Of a stretch of DNA of 64,000 bases, positions 54,201-64,000 are shown piece after piece. Each line of letters starts with the position of its first letter. Within the stretch, counting starts at the first letter, position 1. The DNA comes from Geosiphon pyriformis uo1. Lineage: Eukaryota > Fungi > Glomeromycota. The notes below the pieces were generated by a model. It searched no databases and had not been told where the DNA came from. It saw only the letters and a list, made by a program, of their open reading frames with translations. The stretch covers positions 380,715 through 444,714 of the forward strand of contig JAAOMT010000664.1 of NCBI GenBank assembly GCA_016748015.1, read 5' to 3'. A program made the translations under genes and the position numbers.

Positions 54201-57157
54201 CTTGTGGTACTTTAGTAACAATAATAGTATCAACAAATTAGCCAACACCTTTATAATGATCAGACAAGGAGATACTAAAGCAGTCATTACCTACTTGGGA
54301 TACTTCTATAAAAATCTACACCAAATACAAGCCATCCAAGCCAACTATTTCACAGCACCACAGATTTTAAATTAATTTATTAGAGAATTGCACAGTAGCC
54401 TCCTACAATGAGTATGTCCAATGCACTCAGTAGACCTTCCAACCACAGTCACCTATGCAAGGGATTTTGAAGCAGTTGAACTAAAAGCTAATCACACTCA
54501 AGCTGTGAATTTAGCAATGAATGGATCATTTGAATTGAATTCCTAATTGAAGCAATTCAGTGATTCAATTAATCAGAAATTAGAGAGATACTTAGCTGAC
54601 AATCACACAATTTATCAATCTCCTCAACAGCATAACAATCAGAGAAATGCAAATCGTTTCCAAAATCAGTCACATCTATTGTCATCATCCAATCAGTCAT
54701 GGCAGTTAGAGACATGTGTTTGCCACAACTGTGGTAAACAAGGGCACATCAAAGCCAACTGCCATACTTACAGCAATCCACGATCGGAAAATCAATATAG
54801 AAACCCTGATTACTGGTTCCAAACTCCGAACCATCACCCGAATCAAAACCAATACCAACCCACTTACCTGTCTATGACACACCAACCAATTTATTAGCTG
54901 CCAGTTTATCAAACTTCAGTTTATCAACTGCCACCACAAGCAATTTATCAGGCACAGCCACAAGTAATATATTAACCACAGCCACCAGCAATCTATCAAA
55001 CACCCACTATTCAAACACTACCAGCAAACCCAGCTCAAATGACATCAGGGAACCCAAGATTGAGGATCACCCAAAACTGGAGATCAGCAATAGTTGTACA
55101 TCAACTAATCCTTAGCTCTTCTCACCAATAATCAGGATCTCATCAGTAAAATTTGGGCACCGGTCCCACCCAAAACCCAAATTTCCAACACTATTTAAGC
55201 CTTCTAATAATTCCAGAAGATGCCACCTCCAGCAATCAGGGAATCGAACAACAACAACCACCTATCAATAATATCCCATCTGCTACAATCACTGAAAATG
55301 AATCTTTGGATGCTATTTTTCTATTCGAACTGGAGGAATCATCAGATACACCATTATTCAGTGGAGCAGCACTTGAAGAAAAACTGATTATGGCCATGTA
55401 CACTAATGCCAAGATTGATGGCCACTTCATTAAATTAATTTTTGACAGTGGTTCAGCAGGCAGCATCATCACACAACAACTCATGGATCAATTAGGTTGC
55501 CAAGTTGATCATGCTGCCAGCACCAGAATTATCACCACGGATGGAGCCACCAAAATCCCAATTGGCAAAATTGATGACTTCCTAATTGAAGTCAATGGCA
55601 TCATAGTACCCATCAAAGTTCTGGTAATAGAAGCCACTCAATACCAAGTGTTAATTAATAATGACTGGCTATCTAAAACCAATGCCATGCTTGATTGGAC
55701 AACTCAAGAACTAGTACTTAGCCAGAATGGTTGACACACGCAAGTTCCAGCAACGTGTGGCCATTTCAAACCCAACAATGTCAGGACAACAACACTGCTT
55801 ATCAAATTTAAAGAAAAAGAAAACAAACCAACATGGGAAGTGTATCAAGTATTATGGGCTGATATCGACTACAACAAACTGCTGCCAATACTTTCTTGGG
55901 ACAACAACGACAATGGGAAAAGAAAACAAAGAGCAGAACTTACCTGGGAAACAGATAACCTGACTTGGACTAATAATGATGAACTGACATTAATCTGGGA
56001 ATAGAAAGAAAACAAAGTGATTATTTGACACCAGAATACTACAACAATTAGAACATTTTGTGAAAAAAAACAACTTATTTATACAGGCCCAAGCCATATA
56101 CCAAATACACACAGCATTTTAGGATCAACTAGAAATCTTACTCAACAAAGCAATAGACATGGTTACCAGTAATCAATTAAGAAAAATCACCAATGCTCAA
56201 TTTAAAGAATTACAGACTCAAATAACACAAGTAATTCTCAAAAATAAAATTCAGAAAATACTTCAAGAAGAGGAATTAACAAAGTTAAATTTCGATGGAG
56301 CTCAATATTAAAAGGAGAGAATAATGTTACTCATAGAAATATAGGGAATATATATTAGCATAGTTATTAACCAATCAGAAGTAAACATAGTAAAATGTGG
56401 AATTTCAGGATTCCTCTCAGGAATTGCAAGATTCCAGGAATTACAGAATTCTCACAAAGAATCGCAGGATTCCAGAATTCCAGAATTCCTCTCAAAGGAA
56501 TTGTAGGATTCCTGTTGTGAAGAATTGAGAAATTGAGAAATCTTAATTATGTATATATAGCAGTAGGATTAGAAGCTGAAAGAAAAACCATCAAGTTTAG
56601 ATTTCATCTAGACAATCTTCCAAACCCAATAAATAACTATTTGGTATCTTAAACCTAATTCCACTATCAACACTCCATGTTGATAGTAATTGATACTTAA
56701 ACCCACTAGAACAATAGCTCTTAATCATGGCTATTGATGGGATACTGACTTGCAAAATCGCCTTGGCTTATTCATGATTTTTTTTTATTTCTTTTCTTTA
56801 TTTTATTTTATTTTTGATTTTATTGTTGTGCACTAATTGGTTGAATAAAGTGTTAGATTACTGACATCAAGGATTGTCTGGTAAAAGACCCCTGCAAAAG
56901 AGTAGAACACATACAGAAGATACAGAATACTTACTAGAAGATTACTGGTCATCATGCCGAGAGAAGAATTGACAGAATTGTGATTCTGAGAAGCTACAGA
57001 TAAAACAATTATTGAATCTTTGTCCATTATACAAAGAACTCAAACCAAAACCTTCAGATACAAAACCTTCAGATTAATAACATCAATGTGAATAACTTTT
57101 AGTATCAAGTTATGGGTTTGTTATTTGATCCAACACCCCAAATAGTCACTCATAATA
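51210..57157 (+). mobile_element. Ty3/Gypsy family A, copy A3: internally deleted non-autonomous derivative (gag-PR joined to the ORF3 tail)
   Basis: 5' LTR 51210-51625 plus 52514-52930, 3' LTR 56325-57157 (833 bp each); PBS 52933-52949; TSD GTGG/GCAG; no dUTPase/RT/RH/IN; junction ~56009-56017. Confidence 0.92.
51626..52509 (+). repeat. Family-A solo LTR inserted in the 5' LTR of A3
   Basis: TGTTAT...GTAACA termini; TSD ACAG/ACGG; host LTR restored on removal. Confidence 0.92.
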
Positions 57158-57890
57158 GCAGTTAGGAAAAAATTGTATAATAGGAGGTACTCTGGTGTAT
57201 TGTGTTTATTGTGTGGTGAGGTGAAAGTGCCTGATTATGTTTTTATGTGTGTATCAGATGCTGGGGTTTGAAAAGAGGTTTTGGCTGAAACTTTTGCATT
57301 TTGGACTTCTTTGTTGGGTGTCGTCAGCCTGGCTTCTTCTGCTGTTTTGCGGGATCTTGGTCGGTGCTTTTTGGATGTTGGTCTGTATTCAGTTTTATGC
57401 AAGGGGTTTGTGCTTAAAAACTGGTGTGAAGAAGCTGTCTATGTTTTTGATGGGAAAGAGGAGGCTTTCTACATAATTGTTTGATTTATTCGGCAGTTTG
57501 CTGAGTTGCATTACTCTAAAATTTGGCTGATAAGATGTAAACATAAGACGGAGATGGAAAGAGCAGGCTTGATGGGTGATGATGAAGTGGTTTCAGGTTT
57601 GTTACACTGTGTTGGGTCTTTACTGTCAGAGAGGGTAGTTAAGATGCTTGGTATCATTGAGTCTTTTGTGATTAGTTTTGGCCAGTAGTGGTTATGTTCC
57701 TTTTTTACCAGTTTAGATTGTAACTCTTGTGTTGTTTTAGGTGTATAATGTTGCCTTGTCTGGCCTGAGTGGCTAGCCACATGTAGAAAATACATGAATC
57801 ACATCTAGTTTTAATTACTTAGTCTGATTTTGTATACTAGATAGTGTTTGGGTTTTACTCATTAAATAAAAAAAAATAAAAAATAAAAAT

Positions 57891-58067
<177 letters not shown>

Positions 58068-58099
58068 AAAATTATTAAAGCAAGAAAAAAAAAAAAAAA

Positions 58100-59216
58100 A
58101 ATTAATCAAACTCTTTGTCTCCTTAAATTTATGACTATGATTAAAGCAAAAAGTAAAAAAGCTGCATCTGATATTTTTCCTGAGATATCTAATAAAATTT
58201 CAATCAAAAAAGTTTTTTCTGTTGTGGAAACAACTAGGCAAAACGTTTTAAAGATCTTCTTTTTATCTAGTAATCATAAAAAGCTGTCTTTGATAACTAT
58301 TGAAGTAATTTTTTCTTCTTTGGCTGGTTTTTTACCAGTCAAAGTTCTCTTAAAGAAACACACTTGGGTTAGTCCCAGTGTTGTCTTCACCCTTACTAAG
58401 AGCTCAAAAGTATTTAATAATAGACCAGTTAACAAACTAGTATTTCCCTCTATAGTTTCAACGTCTGGTGTTTCTAGTACCTCCTTTTCAAAGAAAATGA
58501 TCAAAAAGACCAAAAGTTTAGAAAAATGGAAGCAGTTGCTTATCTCTGCTATTGTTACACCAAACCCCTTTGTGGTTTCAAATGAGATCTTAAATAAAAT
58601 TTCTGTTGTATTATCTGACATATTATCCAAGATAGGCCAAAATCAACCACTAGCTGTGTTGTCAAATATAGTGTCTTTCAGCAGATCATTACTAATTTTA
58701 GAAGCAAAGCAACCATTTTTTGTGGTGTCATCTGTTCTTGAGAACTGGGCTGACCAAATAGAAACTAAATTATTTCTTTCTCTGGTTTTTGGTGCTGTCA
58801 CTGATGGTGCTTGAGAAACTATTATTAGTTGTCAAAAATTTGCTGAGTGAGTGGCCTCCATTCTAGTGCTTGGTGCTATTTTTAAAATTAAATTGGCTCA
58901 TGTTAAGGCTGTTTTTTAGTCAGTACATGGTTTTTTGAATACAAAGTCAGTATTAAAAGACAATATAAAGCTGTTTTGTGTGGAGTTTGCTTTTTAAATA
59001 TCTTTGAAAGTTGTATTTTTGGTTGAGCTTACAAGTTTTGTACATTTGGCCATCTTTAAAATTGCCAAGTTTTTGGTGGTTTTTGAGTCTGGCTCTCTTT
59101 TTACTGCTGTATGATGTGCCTTTGGGTGTATCTGCTGCTGACATTAAGATGGTTCTTAGTGTTTTTGGTGTAATTACTCATATTGTGCTGAAGCCTGCCA
59201 GCATTTGGTAGTATGT
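58100..59216 (+). mobile_element. LINE copy D: 5' end and ORF1 N-terminus (divergent subfamily), interrupted by A4
   Basis: ATG ~58130 MTMIKAK..; FQSVHGFL, RRM-like LYDVPLGVSAADIKMVLSVFGVITHIVLKPASIW. Confidence 0.65.
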
Positions 59217-62200
59217 TGTTACAGGTAACTATTTCTGGTGTTGGATTAGATAACAAACCTGTAACTTGGTGCTCAAATCTAGTCGCAGTTGATAGTGATC
59301 TGAAGGTTTGTGTCTGACAGATTTGTATTCGAAGAGTTTGGTTAAGTTCTTTGTATAATAGACAGAAATTCAATGATAATAGTTTTATCCATAGCTTCTC
59401 GAAACTGCAGTTTTGTCAATTTCTTTTTCAGCTTAATGGCCAGTATTCCTCTTGGTAAGCTATCCTTAATTGAGTGTTCTATCCTTATTTCTGGGTCTTT
59501 TACCAGTCACATTTATCCTAACATCAGTACTCCACATGTTAATCCTCAATAGAATTAGTAAACAACAATAAAATCAAAGCAAGAAATAAAGAAAAAAAAA
59601 GAAAATAAAGAAAAAAAAGAAATAAGCCAAGGCAATTTGCAAATTAGTATTCTGTCAATAGCCATGATCAAGAGCTATTGTTTTAGTGTAGTTAAGTATT
59701 AATTACTATTAACATGAAGTGTTGATGGTGGCAGCAGGTTTGAGATAACAAACAGTTATTTATTTGTGGTTTGGAAGTTGTTTAGATAAAATCTAAACTG
59801 AGAGGTCTGTCTTTTTTAGCTTCTAATCCTACTGCTATATATACATAATTGAGATTCCTCAATTCCTCAATTCTTTACAACAGAAATCTTGGGATTCCTG
59901 GAATTCTACAATTCCTTTAAGAAGAATTCTGGAATTCTGAAATCCTGCGATTCTTTGTGAAAATCCTGTAATTCCTGAAATCTTGCAATTCCTGAGAGGA
60001 ATCCTAAAATTCTACATTTTACTATATCTACTTCTGATTAGTTAATAACTATGCTAATATATATTCTCTATATTTCTATGGGTAACATTATTCTCTCCTT
60101 TTAATATTGAGCTTTATCGAAATTTAACTCTGTTAATTTCTCTTTTTGAAGTATTTCCTGAATTTCATTTTCGAGAATTACTTGTGTTATTTGAGTCTGT
60201 AATTCTTCAAATTGAGTGTTGATGATCTTTCCTAATTGATTACTGGTAATTGTATCTATTGCTTTGTTGAGTAAAATTTCTGGTTGATCTTGAAATGCTG
60301 TGTGTATTCGGTATATGGCTCAGGCCTGTGTGAATAAGTTGTTTTTTTTCACAAAATGTTCTAATTGTTGTAGTATTTTTGTGTCAAATAATTACTTTGT
60401 TTTATTCATATATAAATTCTGGATATTTACATGTTGTCCCAAGTAAAAATAACAATAGTTTCTTGGAAATTGTTGTATCTACCAATTCCAAGTTTCTTTA
60501 GTCAACTTTTGATATAGTGACTCTTTTGTCAACTCTTTTATTGCTAATTTTACTTTTGCAATGATTTTGTTAATGGTATTTTCTGTTTTCTTCTGTGTTC
60601 TATGTGGTGATGTTTTTCTAGTGTCTTGATATCAGATGGTTTGTTGATTAATTGTAATTTCTATTTCTTGGTGTTGAATCAATTGAAAGAGTTGTTGTGC
60701 TAGTGAGTAGATGTTGTTTGTAATTTCCATTTTTCTGATATTTCTTGTCGCATCTACTATGTCTTTATATATTCTTTTGATGGATTAATTTAATGTGTTG
60801 TTGTCAATAATGATAATTGGTTCCAGATCTTGTGGAATCTCCTCTGGTTAGACTAGTATCTTCTGTACTTCTAATTGTAGAATATTACTGGTGGATAGTG
60901 GTGTAATGTTGTGGTATGATTTCAGTTAATCTCCATGTGCTGCTTTGGTTAAGATTTTATTATCCAGTTTTAATTTATAAGCTCCATTCTCTAGAATTTC
61001 TTCTATGTAAAATGGTCTATTCCATTTGGAGTTGAATTTTCCACTCCATTGTTTTTCTGCTTTGGTACAATGTAAGAGTACTTTGTCTTCAATCTTGAAT
61101 TCAATTGGTTTGTCTGGTAGTTAATTATTATGTCTTTCTTTTTGTTTCTCTTGTGACTTTTGTATGTTATCAGCTGCTCTTCTTCATTTATTTTCCAATG
61201 TTTCTATTAAGTTATATGTTTTTCTTAACAATGTTTCTTGGAAATTCTTTTTTGTTATTGGTTCAGTTGGATATGTGTTAATCTCTATCTCAACTGGTAA
61301 TGTTGCTGTTCTATTGTATATCAATTCAAATGGTGTTGCTTGTGTGGTGTCTTGCTTCATTGTCCAATAAGCAAATAATATTAATAGTATGGACAAATCC
61401 CATTCATCCTGGTTTTTTTGGCTGAGTTTTGCTATTGCTTCACACAATGTTCTATTAAATCTTTCAACTAATCTATTGGTTTGTAGATGGTATGGTGATG
61501 ATAGTGGTCTCTTAATTCCGAATCTTTGGCTTAGTTCTGCTAATGTTCTATTCACAAAATGGGTTTCTTGGTCTGATAATAGTTTTTTTGGACATCTATG
61601 TCGACAAATCAGATCTTGATAGATGAATTCAGCAACGGATTCTGCATCCACTCTTTGAATTGCTTTGGCTTCTGGTCATTTAGTAAAATAATCCATGGTT
61701 ATTGCAATATATCTGTTGCCTCTGCTAGTAATTGTCAATGGTTCAACTAAATCAATTCCAATACAGTCAAATAGTTGTCTCACTTTGATTGGTCTTAATG
61801 GTTTGCTGGGTCTTGTTCCCCCTCTTTTTTGACAAGCATCACAATTTTGCACATATTGGATGATGTCTGAATACATTGATGGCCAATAGTATTTCTTTCT
61901 GGTTCTTTCCATGGTTGCTTCTTTATAAAAATATCCTGCAGTTGAATCTGAATGTATGTTGAACAGTATTGTCTTCTTTTCTGGTTCTGTAATTATTCTG
62001 GTTGGTTGATCTGCATCTTTTCTATTTTTCTAATAAAGTATATTTTGGTGAGTGATAAAATATTTGGATTGTTGTTTGATCCTCTTTTGTTCTGGTTGAG
62101 ATAATTTCTTTTTGAACTGTTGAGTATCTATATAATGTTAAAGTTGTTGATATTTTTGTGTGTTCATCTTTTGTTATATTTTCGTGAGTATTGTTTTGGT

Positions 62201-64000
62201 TTTGTTATATTTTTGGGTTAAAATGTTCTTAGATTTGTCTCATTTGTGACAAACTGGCAGCATTTCCATTGTCTTTTCCTTTTTTATAATGTATGATATA
62301 AGTATATGTTAAAAGAGCCATTTTCCATCTTGACTGTCTTCTGTCTCCAAATTCTTGTTTTTGAAGTGATGTCAATCCTTTATGATCTGTATATATCTCA
62401 AACTTTTGGCTCAAGTATTTTTTCCATTTCATAACTGCCCAATAGATTGCTAGATGTTCTAATTCTGGTATTTCATAGTTCTTTTCAGCTGGAGTCAAAT
62501 CTCAGCTGGCATATGTGACTGGATGTTTTCTTCCATCCAATCCTTTCTGAGATAGTACTGCTCCCAATGCTTGACCTGATGTATCAGTGGTGATAATGAA
62601 TAGTTTACTATGATCTGGATAGATCAATATTAGAGCTTGAATAAGCTTTCTTCTTAAGATGTTAAATGCTTCTTACTGGGTTTCAGTCCATTCATATTTT
62701 GCATTTTTGGTTTGAAGATCATTGAGTGGTTGTGCTATTTTTGAAAAGTTCTTTATAAAGCATCTATAATAGCTCGTGAATTCCAAGAATAATTTCAGCT
62801 CAGTTATGTTGGTTGGTATTGAAAAGTTCTTTACTATCTCTATTTTCTCTGGATCTGTTTTTATGCCATCTTTGCTAACTATGTGTTCCAAGAATTTTAG
62901 TTCTGTTTTGCCAAAAAAAACATTTTGTTATATTCAATTTTAATCCTATTCATCATAGTCTTTCAAACACTTGTTGGAGATGACATAGATGGTTATCAAA
63001 TGTTTTTGAGAACACATTGGTATTATCCAAATATACAACTACTGATTTCTACAATAAGCCAGTATACACGATTTCCATTAGCCATTGGAATGTAGCTGGA
63101 GCATTGGTTAAGCCGAATGGCATAACTTCAAACTCAAAGTTTCTCTCTTTTGTGGTGAATGCCATTTTTTCTTTGTTGGCTGGATCCATGGCTACTTGTC
63201 AATAATCACTATTTAAGTCTAATGTTGAGAACCATTTGTTTCTACCAAAAGTGTTGAATAGTTTTTGTATCTATGGAGTTGGATAGTTGTTTCCATGAGT
63301 TACACTATTGAGTTTCCTGTAGTTTACACAAAATTGGATTTTTCCATTTTTCTTATGGATAAGTACTACTGGTAACAACCATGGGCTTATTGATGGCTGA
63401 ATTAATCCATTGTCAAGCATTCGGTTGATCTTTTAACAGATGATTTCATGGCTGGTTGGTGGTATTCTATATGCTTGCTGTTTGATTGGCATTGCATCTC
63501 CAGTCTTAATCTGATGCTGGATAATATCAGTTCTGCCAAATTCGTTTTTACTGGTGAAGATGTCATTGAAATTATTGAGTAACATCTTTAGTTGCATCTG
63601 TTAAAGTGGGTCTAGATTTCTCATGTTCATCTGTTCCAATTGTTCTGGCTGTAACAGATAACATTTGTTTCATCCATAGATGATTTGTGATGTAATATCC
63701 ACATATTTACAAAGCTGTGGAAAATCTGGAATGCTGCTTGGTGCTTGATCTTCAATTTCTATGGTTAAATATCCAAGAGTGGTTCCTTCTGGTATCTCTA
63801 CAACATTTTCAGTGTTGTTGTAGATGAGAATTTTGATATAGTTATGGCTCTTGGCTGGTATGTGTAGATTGATAAGTCCAATTTCTCTTGATTCACAAAG
63901 GGTTGCTTCTGCTTTAAAAATCTGTTCTTGCTCCTTTTCTCTCTTTTTTATTGCTAACATGTATTGGCTATATGATGGAATGGAAATTGTTTGACCAGTT
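59217..64000 (-). mobile_element. Ty3/Gypsy family A, copy A4 (3' half; runs off the window)
   Basis: 3' LTR 59217-60087; PPT AAAAGGAGAGAATAA; ORF3 60101-60730; IN ~60790-62167; RH stop 62229; RT to ~63500; left flank ATGT. Confidence 0.92.
60101..60730 (-). pseudogene. A4 3' accessory ORF3 (210 codons)
   Basis: MEITNNIYSLAQQLFQLIQHQ...AIYRIHTAFQDQPEILL..DTITSNQLGKI..FEELQ. Confidence 0.75.

Larger units (their letters stand above)
44148..57885 (+). mobile_element. Full-length LINE copy B (~6.9 kb net), split into 44148-48814, 49726-51209 and 57158-57885
   Basis: ORF1 44298-46198 (RRM-like, CKKYGKFGHSAMEC); ORF2 from 46195: APE (VLGGNFN, DHEAV), RT (GAFVDNTIW), RNase H (VYTDG..WVKVKSH), Zn finger; A-rich tail ~57862-57890. 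Confidence 0.92.

Overview
AT-rich, CpG-depleted eukaryotic heterochromatin-like DNA with no recognisable host gene. The repeat families recall early-diverging/Glomeromycotina fungi, but that is from memory and unverified. Almost the whole window is a nest of decayed transposons. (i) Five copies or fragments of a ~6.8 kb LINE (ORF1 with RRM-like and CCHC domains; ORF2 APE-RT-RNase H-Zn finger). (ii) A hAT transposase relic. (iii) Two Ty3/Gypsy families. Family A (~0.85 kb LTRs; Cys-rich domain plus dUTPase between protease and RT) has two full copies, one internally deleted copy, one copy running off the window, one old relic and two solo LTRs. Family B (642 bp LTRs) has one full copy and one relic. 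All ORFs are broken mainly by C>T/G>A changes. Nesting reaches four levels (LINE C > LINE A > Gypsy A1 > Gypsy B1). Most interesting: all family-A 4-bp target duplications are consistent with an ancestral central CpG; both Gypsy families encode integrase as a separate cistron after a conserved RNase H stop, followed by a third non-env ORF; family-A gag lacks a conserved AUG and follows a hairpin-rich LTR leader whose terminal stem can pair with the PBS. Coordinates were read by eye; internal domain limits are approximate.
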